NCBI RefSeq assembly: GCF_001194135.2
Contig: NC_069005.1
Span: 16,000,495 to 16,064,494 of the forward strand
DNA: 64,000 bases
Direction: 5' to 3'
Source of the DNA: Octopus bimaculoides
Taxonomy: Eukaryota
Position 1 is the first letter of the stretch. Each line of letters opens with the position of its first letter. The notes beneath the pieces are model-generated. The model searched no databases. It worked only from the letters and a program-made list of their open reading frames with translations, and was not told where the DNA came from. Of the stretch, positions 24,775 to 36,447 are shown piece by piece. The position numbers were made by a program, and so were the translations under genes.

Positions 24775-25620
24775 TACAGATAGGACTTGCTTTCTATATT
24801 GTGTCCATGTACAAGCTTCTTATCTCTCTATACTTTTTACTTATATTTCTTATATATTTTTTATATTTTTTTACATATTTATAGAGATATTGTTTTATAG
24901 GTTTATCGCACATATATTTTTTACACATATCTTTTCTGTATTCTACCTTCCACCCTGCATTTTTCCTGTGTGTATATAGACGTGTACATGGAACCTTTTC
25001 TGTACGCTTGTGGATGTGTGTGTATGTGCGGGTACATGTGTATATAGACGTATGTGTGCATGTGCATTCGAAAATGTGCATATATAGACGTGTTTTACCC
25101 TTATTGCCTTTTTACACTTTTTTCTGTATTTTGCTTTAGCCCTGTTTTTTTTGTGCTTGTACGTATATAGATGTATGTATGAACTTTTTTTGTGCACGTG
25201 CATATGTGTGCAAGCATGTTGCACACGTGTGTGTGTGAGCGTGTATGCAGATATGTATATATTTTTTGGCGAATGTGTGGGTAAGCATGTGTGTGTTTCA
25301 AGGTGGATGACGATATACATATAGGCACATGTACGTGGGTATGCGGATGCGCATGTGTATGTATGGACATGCGCGCATACGTGATTACTATGAACATTTT
25401 TACTCCCTTACTTTTACTCCCTCCCCTCACTTAGCGGTCATTCTAATAGCTCTTTTGTCTTAATAACGGTCAATCACACAGTAATTTCCCTTTATTTAAC
25501 AGTCATTTTCATAGCATTTTTTCAATGGCCGCATAACTGAAGAGATAGCGGTGTGGGTTTCCGCCCCAGCATCTGAAACTTGGAGTTTTATCATGGCTAC
25601 CAAATAATTGTCCCGTATTA
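24775..25620 (-). mobile_element. Second, inverted copy of the long-TIR element at 62674-63300 (one TIR missing)
   Basis: 25480-25620 matches the reverse complement of 62690-62835; 24780-24990 matches the reverse complement of 62950-63170. Confidence 0.75.
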
Positions 25621-25666
25621 TNNNNNNNNNNNNNNNNNNNNNNNNNNNNNNNNNNNNNNNNNNNNN

Positions 25667-25708
<42 letters not shown>

Positions 25709-25999
25709 ATAATTAAAATTAAAATTTAGATATAAAATTATACAATTTAGTATCTAAACCTTATTTTCAGTATGTCCCTAGTCGTGTATCGGCACACTAC
25801 AGTACATACCCAATACATTCTGTCTTTTATATCAATCATTTAGAATATATATACATTTATATCAACATGTGTGTGTCTTTCTGTCTGTATGTCCCCATAA
25901 CCATGTGACAACTGGTGTTGATATGTTTATGTCCCCATAACTAAGCAGTTCAGCAATTATGTGCTTATTCAATTATGTGCATTTATGTGCTTACTCATG

Positions 26000-26046
<47 letters not shown>

Positions 26047-27411
26047 TTGTGTGTGTGTGTGTGCCTTTGTTTGTCCCACTTCCATCGCTTGACAACCGAT
26101 GCTGGTGTGTTTATGTCCCCATAACGTATCAGTTCAGCAAAANNNNNNNNNNTCAGTTCAGCAAAAGAGACCAATAGAATAAGTACTAGGCTTACAATGA
26201 ATAAGTCTGGGGGGGGGGGAGTAATTTTTTCAATGATAACCCTTTAAGGCAATGCTCCAGCATGGCTGCAGTCAAATGACTGAAACAAGTAAAAGAAAGT
26301 AAAATAAACTAAAATAATAAATGACAAACTCAAGCAAAAAACCAACAAGTATGAAGAAAGCTTATCAAGTCATGCCAAAGCCATGACAGTCAGTCACAAC
26401 CACTGACTGCAGAGAGATACTGCAGCCTCACTTCCTAAAAATTTGAAATGCAGTCATTTCAGTTCTTGAAAGACAAAATCATAATTCAAATACACATGCA
26501 TAAATGGTCATCATTTCCATTGAAAACATTGTGAAAAAGTGAAACTAAACTCACACTGTGAATGTGTGTGACTTAATGGTTAGGGTGTTTGGCTAATGAG
26601 TTGTACCTGTATTTCAAAGGGTCGGCCTTGTCGCAATCTGTGTCATGCTGAATCTCCCTGAGAAATATGTTTAGCATTCAAACCAACATAATCTGGCTAA
26701 AATATTCTACTTGTTTTATGTTCAAACTGGCCAGATCTGACCCCTCATAACTAACCTAAAATGTCATTCTAAAAGTAAACAATCACATCATTGAAGCCTG
26801 AGGGCTATGAGATAATTCATGATTAATGCAAAATAATTTGAATGAATAAGTATTACACGTGACAGCATAATCTGAATGCTAAAGGGTTAATGGCATGTGG
26901 GTCTGTGGAGTGCTTGGCCACTTGCATGTTAATTTTTTGAGCAGGCTGTTCCAATGATTAGATCAACTGGAAAACTCATTGTAACCAACAAAGTGCAGAG
27001 GTGCAGTTGACATATTCAGGAAATTAGTTATAGAAATTGTTCAATTTGTTCTAAGATGGAGAATAACCGACCAACATAATCAGGCAGGTACCCAAAAACA
27101 GTGAGTGTTAACCAACATGGTACCCTAATTATACTCGCACTTCTTTTTTTCCTTATTCACCCACATTGTCTTCTTTTTGTTTCACTTTTTCATACACTCT
27201 CTCTTTTCCCCTGTCACCCATCCTTGCTCATTCTCTCAGATAAAGGAGGAGGAGGAAGATAAGGAAAGAAAAGAGTACTACAGAATACTAGAAAGAAGGA
27301 AAATGACAAGTATTAAGATCAAACAAAACAACCCAAATATGAATAAGGCTCTCACTACCTTCACTGGTAATCTAACGATCATAAAACATGCATGGAACGC
27401 TTTTATTCTGT

Positions 27412-27985
27412 GCGTAGGAGTGGCTGTGTGGTAAGTAGCTTGCTTACCAACCACATGGTCCCGGGTTCAGTCCCACTGCGTGGCATCTTGGGCAAGTGTC
27501 TTCTACTATAGCCTCGGGCCGACCAAAGCCTTGTGAGTGGATTTGGTAGACGGAAACTGAAAGAAGCCCGTCGTATATCATCATCATCATCATCATCATC
27601 GTTTAACGTCCGCTTTCCATGCTAGCATGGGTTGGACGATTTGACTGAGGACTGGTGAAACCAGATGGCAACACCAGGCTCCAATCTAAATTTGGCAGAG
27701 TTTCTACAGCTGGATGCCCTTCCTAATGCCAGCCACTCAGAGAGTATATATGTATATATATATATATGTATGTGTGTATGTGTTTGTGTGTCTGTGTTTG
27801 TCCCCCCAACATCACTTGACAACCGATGCTGGTGTGTTTATGTCCCCGTAACTTAGCAGTTTGGCAAAAGAGACCGATAGAATAAGTACTAGGCTTCTAA
27901 AGAATAAGTCCTGGGGTCGATTTGCTCGACTAAAGGTGGTGCTCCAGCATGGCCACAGTCAAAAGACTGAAACAAGTAAAAGAGT
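27412..27985 (+). mobile_element. Young tRNA-derived SINE (family 1) interrupted by an RTE-tail insertion; about 20 further family-1 copies or fragments in both orientations
   Basis: A box TGGCTGTGTGG 27421-31, B box GGTTCAGTCCC 27464-74, CpGs retained. Other copies include 1350-1510(-), 3590-3925(-), 7540-7915(-), 23450-23885(-), 31790-32150(-), 38060-38490(+), 41068-41240(+), 44270-44640(-), 47115-47585(+), 48480-48740(-), 56165-56560(-), 59570-59890(+). Confidence 0.88.
27580..27750 (-). mobile_element. RTE 3'-tail element with (GAT)n end, nested in a SINE
   Basis: Reverse complement is nearly identical to 9520-9685; sits in the (TA)n core of the host SINE. Confidence 0.85.
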
Positions 27986-28086
27986 GTGTGTTTATGAGTT
28001 TGTGTGTGTGAGAGAGTAGCTGCTCATGACTATAAATGTCTTTATTTGCCCATGGTACAATGCAGTGGGTATAGAACATGTGTATG

Positions 28087-28138
<52 letters not shown>

Positions 28139-28172
28139 TCTTTTTCCCAAATACATTGCACTTCATATTCAA

Positions 28173-28211
28173 GGCTCTGATGAAGCTGCAGAGCAAAAAC
28201 AGTTGTAAGCT
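28173..28211 (+). ncRNA. Minimal hammerhead ribozyme relic
   Basis: GGCU-CUGAUGA-A-GCU(GCAG)AGC-[A]AAAAC-AGUU-GUA-AGCU; stem III is one change from the palindrome ACAGCUGU; G12 lost and one extra A. Confidence 0.5.
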
Positions 28212-29189
28212 AATGAAGTTCATAATTATATTATGTTTTTTAATTTTCATCTCATTTTCTTTTATATAAGTTGTCTAAGAATTCACTAGTCAGAATCCTT
28301 AAGTCACCATATATTTTTCCATGCCTACCATCTCTGAAGAGCACATGGTCTTAATTAAACGACCTGTTACATACTATACAGTGCAAAACTGACTGATAAG
28401 ATCAGCTGAAATGGATTCATAATACTGTATACTTTAACATATGTGAAATGACAGACATATAAGCAGCAACAAGAAAACAGTTTTCAGACAAAGTAACTTA
28501 ATTAAATGTTGGTGGACTGAACAAACTTATCACCTGTTATGGATGATTTTATTTTTCTTTGTTTATTGATTACATTAGTATGTTCACTTCTCTTTAGCTG
28601 CCGCCACCACCACCACCACTACTACAATTAGTATTCATTTTTTTAATATTATTTTCAAGTGGTGCTATTGCTGTTGTTGCCACTTAACTAAAGCAACTCA
28701 ATCACATGATGGAGATATCAGTAAATCATGCAGTTATAAATGTAAATGAACATATTATATCATCTTCGTTTAACGTCCGCTTTCCATGCTAGCATACACA
28801 CAAGACACAGAACATTAAGACACAAATAAAATTCTAACTCAAAAGTGAAATCTGAAGATGGAAGACAGAACAGTGAGGTGGGGACAATGCAGTATATATA
28901 TATATAAATATACATATATAAGGAATTTCTTGGGTTTTATTTCTCCGTGTATTTATGTTTGTATGCTTGTATGTATGTATAAATATGTGTGTGTGTGTGT
29001 GTGTGTGAAGACAAGTGATCAGTGTTATTTACTGCAATTAGAGGTAAACCTAAGCCAAAAGTGTACCCAAGCCAAGGGTGCATTCAAGCTGAAAGCATAC
29101 CCAAGTTGAAAATGAACCCAAGTCAAAAATAGATGTGTGTAAATGTACACAAGTAAGGTTAGAGGAATGGATGGACAGAGGGGATGGGT

Positions 29190-29525
29190 GGATGCATAGA
29201 TAGATAGATAAAACAGACAAACAAGACAGTGAGAGGCAGACCAACAGACAAACATAGATAGGACAGACAAATAGGAAGATAGAGAAGACATAGACAGACC
29301 AACAGACAGACAGAACAATAGGCATAGAATGATAGACAGACAGAACAATAGATAGACAGACAGACAGACAGACAGATAGAACAGAACAAGCCAAACAGAA
29401 TGTTTGATTGATAGATAGATAGATAAATAGATAGGTAGGTAGGTAGGTAGGTAGGTAAGTATGTAGGTAGGTAAGTAGGTAGGTACGTACGTACGTACGT
29501 AGATTGACCAACTGACAGACAAACA
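29190..29525. repeat. Compound tetranucleotide microsatellite (GATA/GACA/GGTA/CGTA)
   Basis: Direct runs; explains ORFs 29025-29575. Confidence 0.95.
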
Positions 29526-30214
29526 GATGTCATCAGTTCTTGGACTATTTGTACTATGATTGTGTTATTGAACATAAATGCACGTATAGTAAACAGTCAT
29601 TATGAGACAGCTGACTGAGTCAGTCTACAGATAAGTTTCATGTTATCTACTTGTGCTGATTATTACATGATGTTTAATGATAGTATATCAGAACATTTCT
29701 GTTGTTTTATAATAACTACCAAATTTCACCCAAAATGCTTCTCAACAATTTCCCCTAAAGCTTGGTAGATCTGTTACTGAGGTCCTTAAAATGCTTCATC
29801 AAACTTCTGATGACATTATCTTCAAACACAAGATTTTGTGTCTTCTACTAAAGCCTTGGGTCAACCAAAACCTTGTGAGTGGATTTGGTAGACAGAAACC
29901 GAAAGAAGCTCATCATATAAAATGGCAAATGGCACACGTGTTAAACCTTTAGCTGTGAAATTAAATTTCATGGTTATTCCTGTAATGATAAGTATTTATC
30001 AATAATTAGAATTGGTAATTTTGGCAAGTCACACTGCCTCTGTAAACTTGACCTATCTCAACAGAAAATCATTTTAAATATGACATTCTTCAACAAAAGA
30101 AAGATTAGTATGTAAAACTGCTTTCTGCTGACAAGGATAATGAAATTTTGAGTGGATGTATCTGATTTCCGCAGGAAAAGAGTTAAAGCTGGTAACATAT
30201 CAGCTCAAGATGAA

Positions 30215-30503
30215 CATCCAGGATGACCAAACACTGGCAAAGTATCTCTGTAGCAGACTTCTCAAGTTCAACACAAAATTTCACATTGGATCTTTGTTCC
30301 AACTTCCTGTTCATGACAAAATCAGACTACAGTATACTTGTGATCACAAAAACATAAAGTTCTCAATTTGCAAAGTAAACATGATGTCACTCGGCTCACT
30401 GCTTCATGAAGGTCACTGCAAGCTCTCACTGCACATGCAACCATGTGCTGCAATCTATTGGTGTGTTACAGAACTAGTCCAGGAACTTTTTGACAAGTTC
30501 TGT
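30215..30503 (-). mobile_element. mariner 5' fragment
   Basis: TIR-like CTTGTCAAAAAGTTCCTGGACT and MNRKLEQRSNVKFCVELEKSATEI (mariner N-terminus). Confidence 0.75.
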
Positions 30504-30837
30504 AATGTAATAATCATTACCAATTGGATTTACTGGATTTCGACTGCATCAGACTATACTTTACATCCCAGTGTTTTGTTTTGGTTTACTGTGGTTTGTA
30601 ACCTGATCCATTAAAGGAGTCTTTTATGAGTACCACTGGATGATTTAAAGCCTTATACTGTCCATTAATATATTGTGTGAACTAAGATCCCCGTTGACAG
30701 GCCGCTGGTATTTATAGAGTGTTAAACTCTTTCGGTAAGCAAATTAGGGACTTCTTCATAGAGTAGCTGCTGCATTTGTTGAGTATATAAACAGTTTGGC
30801 TGCTTGTTTCTCTAGAGATTGTCAGAATGATGTGGAT

Positions 30838-30880
30838 GCCTCTGATGAGAACCCAATAACGTTCAAAAATCAATTAAGGT
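30838..30880 (+). ncRNA. Minimal hammerhead ribozyme relic in a pLTR-like segment
   Basis: GCCU-CUGAUGA-GAAC(CCAAUAAC)GUUC-[A]AAA-AUC[A]AU-UA-AGGU; reverting two CpA to CpG restores GAAA and the palindrome AAUCGAUU; TATATAAA lies about 55 nt upstream. Confidence 0.6.
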
Positions 30881-30960
30881 TGTTCATCATTTTTTCAGTC
30901 CGAAGAGAAATGGCTAAAATTTGCCCTGTTAATAATTATACTATATGTTACATATATATA

Positions 30961-31301
30961 TTGTTGTATTTTGGGATAGTCATTAAAGGGGGGGGGCAAA
31001 GAAACCCAAGCACTTTATATTCATTCTTCACTATTTATTACTGTTATTATTCTAACTCATGTCCATTGTCCGGAAATCTTTTGCCACACATCTGTGACCT
31101 CCTCAGCANNNNNNNNNNNNNTGCTCTGCTTATTCCATTCCGTTCCAGAACAGAATGAGGAGGTCACAGATGTGTGACGAAAGATTTCCGGACAATGGAC
31201 ATGAGTTAGAATAAGAATAGTAATAAACGAGTGAAGAACAAATATATAGTGCATGTGTTTATTTAACCAAAAAAAAAAATTACTATCCCGAAATACAACA
31301 A
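30961..31301. mobile_element. Fold-back MITE (~340 bp) with TA duplication
   Basis: TA|TTGTTGTATTT…AAATACAACAA|TA; inner arms 31034-31105 and 31156-31227 are 72-bp inverted repeats with 4 mismatches. Confidence 0.85.
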
Positions 31302-31416
31302 TATCTGCTTCAACACACAACTTCGCATAAGGAATCTTGCAACACAAATTCATATATATATACATATATATATATATATATTTATGGGTTTTTTATGTGT
31401 GTGTGTGTGTGTGTGT

Positions 31417-31476
<60 letters not shown>

Positions 31477-31500
31477 TTGTATGTGTGTGTATATACATAC

Positions 31501-31632
31501 CTTGAGGTTTTGCTGCTGTAGAATCTTTGCTTTGTCCTCTAGTCTTCGAGCAACAGCTGCTAATTCTGCATTTCTTTTACGGAAGGACTTTAGCTTTTCT
31601 TCACGAGATTTGTAATCTTCTTGTTTCCTTTT
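31501..31632 (-). CDS. RIMBP2: RIM-binding protein coding exon B
   Basis: Acceptor ttttattattttatgcag|, donor AAG|GTATGT; 132 nt, phase 0/0; KRKQEDYKSREEKLKSFRKRNAELAAVARRLEDKAKILQQQNLK matches the RIM-BP motif KRKNAELAVIAKRLEERARKLQETNL. Confidence 0.9.
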
Positions 31633-32761
31633 CTGCATAAAATAATAAAATGAAACAAATTAGTATGACATACACATGTATAATGATAAACAGAATCTGC
31701 AATAAAAATATGTTTTTGTCAAATCATTGAACAGCCAGTCGATGTTCTTTGAATGGTCTTGTAGTTTATTTTCTTCCACCTTCTACTTGTTTCAGGCATA
31801 GGACTACAATCAGACTGGAGCATCACCTTGAAGAGTTTTAGTCAAATACATCAACTTCAGTACTTATTTTCAAGACTGGTACATATTCTATTGGTCTCTT
31901 TTGCCAAACTGCTAAGTTATTGGGACGCAAACAAACCAACACTGGTTATTAAGCAGGAGTCAAACACAGACACACTTACACACACACGATAGGCTTCCAC
32001 ACAGTTTCCTTCTACCAAATTCACTCACGAGACATTGGTCAGCTGAGAGCTACTGTAGAAGACATCTACTTAAAGTGCTGTGCATTGGGACTGAACCCAA
32101 GACCACATGGTGACAAAGTGAGCTTCTTATCCCTACAACCATGCCTCTAGACAATTTCTACATCACATTTCCAGTTAACCAGATTCACCAGATTTATTAA
32201 CACATACAGGTGCAAAGATGCGTGTGTAGTTGAGAAGTTTGCTTTGCAACCTCTTGGCTTCAAACTCAGTTCTACTGCCCAGCACTTTGGGCAAATATAT
32301 TATTCTATAACCCTAGGCTGAGAAAACCATTGTGAGCAGATTTGATAAATGGAAACTGAAATACCATCATATATATATATGCAGGTTTGTGCATCATATA
32401 ACTAGCTAGAGGCGACCATATCTTGGAGTTAATCAACAGCAGCATTTGTCCTATTTCTCTGGATTGCCACATTAGTTTGGCAATAAATATTAATACCCAG
32501 TATTACTGCTGTATCTCTCCTTTAGAGAGATTTAGAGATTNNNNNNNNNNNNNNNNNNNNNNNNNNNNNNNNNNNNNNNNNNNNNNNNNNNNNNNNNNNN
32601 NNNNNNNNNNNNNNNNNNNNNNNNNNNNNNNNNNNNNNNNNNNNNNNNNNNNNNNNATATATATATATATATAGGGAGAATTCACAAAAAACAACAGATG
32701 AAGACAAGTGGTGTTGAAAACAAATAGATGTATTAGCATAACGCTCGGGAATTGAGAAAGT

Positions 32762-32797
32762 CTTTAACGTTTCAAGCCTACGCTCTTCTACAGAAAG
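32762..32797 (-). ncRNA. Minimal hammerhead motif with variant core CUGUAGA
   Basis: CUUU-CUGUAGA-A-GAGC(GUAG)GCUU-GAAAC-GUU-AAAG; stems I and II and the AACGUU palindrome are intact, core A6 is U. Lies in a Penelope-like pLTR segment at 32670-32900. Confidence 0.6.
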
Positions 32798-33879
32798 GAA
32801 CACAGAAAGAAACAAAGAGAGAAACAAGGAGAGAAAAAAATGTGTGTAGTTGTCAGCAATCTATCATGGCGAATGCAGGACAGAAGGGTCACACAGGAGA
32901 GTTAAGAAGAAGGGGATATATACATATACAATTAATCAAATATATTCAATGAGAATAAAGTGTACTGTATTTTAGATAAGTGCTCTTAGTATGAGAAATG
33001 TCTAAAACCTTGAAGGTATTTAGAGATTCAATTAGAGCAATTATACATTAGAGAGTAAAAGCAGGAAAAATTACATCAAAAAATCACAGAAGATATACGT
33101 CCATGATATAAATAATATTTTATTAATAAATAGATACATAAAATATGATGATTTTAAAAGGTTTGAGATATCTTACAATCGTTTCATGAATGTGTTACCT
33201 TTTGAAATGAAATCCAAAATCCCCTCTCTCACTCTGTGGGAGAGAGGCACAAGCACATACACAGACATATACACACACGGCAGTAACTTCCTCCTACAAA
33301 ATTCAATCACAAAGCATGGTTGGCTTGGGGCTATCGATAATCATTATTAGGTAGTACATCCACTCATCAGAGAAAAGGATGAATTTCTGTGTAGTCAATT
33401 GACTGAAAGAGATGCTATTTAAAATTGTATGATAAAGGTGTTGTTTAAAAAGTTATTGGTATAGGTGTGTATTGGTATAAAAATTTTGAAAAAATAATAT
33501 AAATCCATGGTAAAATCCTTTGTAGTAATCCGTAATGGCTGTATGTAGATAGAAGTCCCATAATTTCTTTTCTCTTCAGTAAGTAAATCATAAGTGTAAA
33601 GAATAAAAGTGGTTAATTGTTGCTTTTATAGTTATATATACAAAACTGGAAGATGCCATTATTATATTTTATGCAAATGTAAAAATGGCAGTGTACTGAC
33701 CCAATATAGAGTAAATTTATGTGTTATATTTAAAATATTGTATTTGAAATCAGTTTGTTATACATTAGAGGAGTACAGGTTCAAATTTCAAGGAGACACA
33801 TTTCAGGCATTCATCTAACAAATAATTTATATTATGTGAACATGTGTATACTCTAAAATAATTTTTAGTTTCTATTTTC

Positions 33880-35760
33880 TTACTTACAACCATCCTACTA
33901 TTTTATTATGATACCACAATATGAGATACAAGATATTAATGTGACTCTTATCTTGATGATCTCTTATAGTGTTTAAAAGTTTTATAAATCCTTCTACATG
34001 TGGGTAATGCTTCCGATTAACAATTAATTAAATTATTTTGTTTATATAATAATATGTATACTGATTCTTTTGTACATAGACAGCAAATAGAAGATTGATG
34101 GGTATATGGTGTAGCTGAGTCAATAATTTATCAGGATAATTTATAGTTAACGTTTTTTTGAGTTTATTTACATATGTAGCCAATGAAGTAGTGTTATTTG
34201 TAATATTCAGTTTAAATGAATGTATATGTGCTAAAAATCTCCCTATATATACCTTACTGTGTGAGTTAGCAGTTTGAACCTTCAACATTTACCTTCTAAA
34301 GGACGTAATTTTTTATTTTTACATGTGCAATATTTAGTTGTAGGTTTCTGTTTCATGGTATAAGATTTAATAGTGTTATGATTATTTGTTATGGTGTGTG
34401 GTGTTATATCTGAATTTGTTGTGGAATCATTTATAATTAGGTACATTTATTGGTTGTATATTACTATTATTAGATTGTAGTATTGGATTATCTAAAGTCC
34501 TGTCATATCCAATTGTTTGCATGTTTTGAGACGTATAATTATTGGCATTTTGCTGAGATTTAGTTAATGTTATAGTATTGCTATGTATTCTTGTAATATT
34601 ATCTATTGAACTGGTATTATATTGAGCATTATTTGGTGTTCTAGGACTATTGTGTATTTCATTACTAGTATTATAGTCGTTAGTGTTATTTATTAAATTA
34701 TATTCATATTTATTAAGTCTTCGTCTATTAGAGCTGGCAATAATTGATCCTGTGCTCAGCAATGTAGAAAAAGATATTTTAATTGATGACCTATTAAATA
34801 TATGGTGATACTTATGATTATTAGGAAAACTATTTTTGACTATGTTTAGAAATTTCTTTGCTAATCCTTAAACATTTATTGAAAATGGGGGTACGTGCCA
34901 AATAATTTCCCTATTTCCACTCCTACTAGGTAATTTATGATAGACTATTTTTGGAATTTGTATGGTATTTACCATGTGTTTTTGTTTTTTTTGCTATTTT
35001 TATATTCAGTTCTATGTCTACCATAACATTTTCTAGGTTTTTAGGTTTTTCTTTATCATGCCTTATGGAGGTTTGATCTTTTTGTATTCAGTGAATATTA
35101 TTGTTAGAGGTAAGGTTAGTTCCATTTGTGCCATGTAAATCTTAAGTTTTGTATCTTCTGTATATTTAATATTTTGTTTAAATCCACTTGCAGCCAAAGC
35201 TTGATTATAATAGTTTGCGTGATTATTGAATATTTCTTCATTATAGGAGAGATGAGAGATTCTAATAGATATACTGCTTATAATACTCTTAAGTAATGAT
35301 TTATGGTGGTTAGAATGAATGTTTATATATTTGTGGTATTCATTAGGTTTGTGGAGGTATTGAAGTTCAGAGTTACATCTAAAAAATTTACTTTACAATA
35401 GCTTTCTTCAAAGGAAATAGATAAACCAAAATTTTTATAGAAATTATAGAGTTCTTCTCTTATTTTTCCTATTTTTCTTTTGGATCGGCCATTATATATC
35501 AAGAGAGCATCATCTCTATATAAACCTCCTTTGAAAGAAGGAAAATATTGTTTGGTCTTATGTAATAGATATAAGCCTACCAAGTCCGTGATTTGTGCAG
35601 AATCAGAAGATCCCATGGTGATATCAAATAAATTATTATTTGTAGCACGACATCATAGTTTATCATTAAACATAATAAGTGGTTTTCTAGCTAATAGTAT
35701 TATACCAATTTCAAGTAGTGTAATATATACATATACTTCTAATATAGGATAAAATTGCTT
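33880..35760 (-). mobile_element. Penelope-like retroelement relic (RT + GIY-YIG)
   Basis: MGSSDSAQITDLVGLYLL…GGLYRDDALL…KVNFLDVTL (RT, 35323-35616); KVYIG…RFLAHIHSF…TSLATYVNKLK (GIY-YIG, 34028-34288); frameshifted. Confidence 0.9.
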
Positions 35761-36229
35761 TCAAAAATTTCATCAGTGGCCAGCATATTAAAATACCTTT
35801 GAAGGTGAAAATTATATAAACAATTATAAATAAGGGCAAAAGAAAAAATATCTATGCCAATATGCTGAGAAATAGACTTTATATTGTCAATCACCACATA
35901 CAATACTTTTCACTATAAATACACAGCGTGTTGAAAACGAGGAAAGCAAGCTAACAGAAATTTTAAAAGTTTCATTAATATATTTCTGTGTTATTTTTGT
36001 AGCTATCCATCTCAAACCCTAACACTTTATAGGCATTGAATATTGTCAATTAAAACATATTTGTTTCTTAAAATATCTAATTGACCTATTTCAATAACGA
36101 CAATATGAAAGGACATAATGTTTATCATAGACACAGACATGGCTGTGTGGTTAAGAAGCTTGTTTTGCAACCATGTGGTTTTAGGTTCAGTCTCATTGTG
36201 TACGTACACACACACACACAATACACACA

Positions 36230-36447
36230 CGAGAGGGTGCTGGAAAGTTCCTGGCTCTGGATAAAAGAAAATACAGGAAGATTGGTTAATTATGGTTTTA
36301 TTCAAAATATTCCCCTCTCAGATTCACACACTTATTGGCAGCAGTCCTTCAGTTTTTCTAATCCCTGTAAAATAACTCAGAAGTTTGGGCCTCCAACCAG
36401 GCTTTTTGTGAAACCCTTCAAGCCAGGAACTTTTCAGCATCCCCTCT
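36230..36447 (+). mobile_element. mariner-derived MITE inserted in a SINE; second copy at 60594-60790
   Basis: TIRs GAGAGGGTGCTGGAAAGTTCCTGGCT and AGCCAGGAACTTTTCAGCATCCCCTC. Confidence 0.85.

Noticed and set aside
27412-27480. tRNA gene
   Set aside because: A and B boxes are present, but there is no cloverleaf 3' half; it continues into a SINE body, as do all such heads in the window.
30156-30614. 152-aa plus-strand ORF
   Set aside because: Antisense shadow of a mariner 5' fragment (TIR and EQRSNVKFC on the minus strand).
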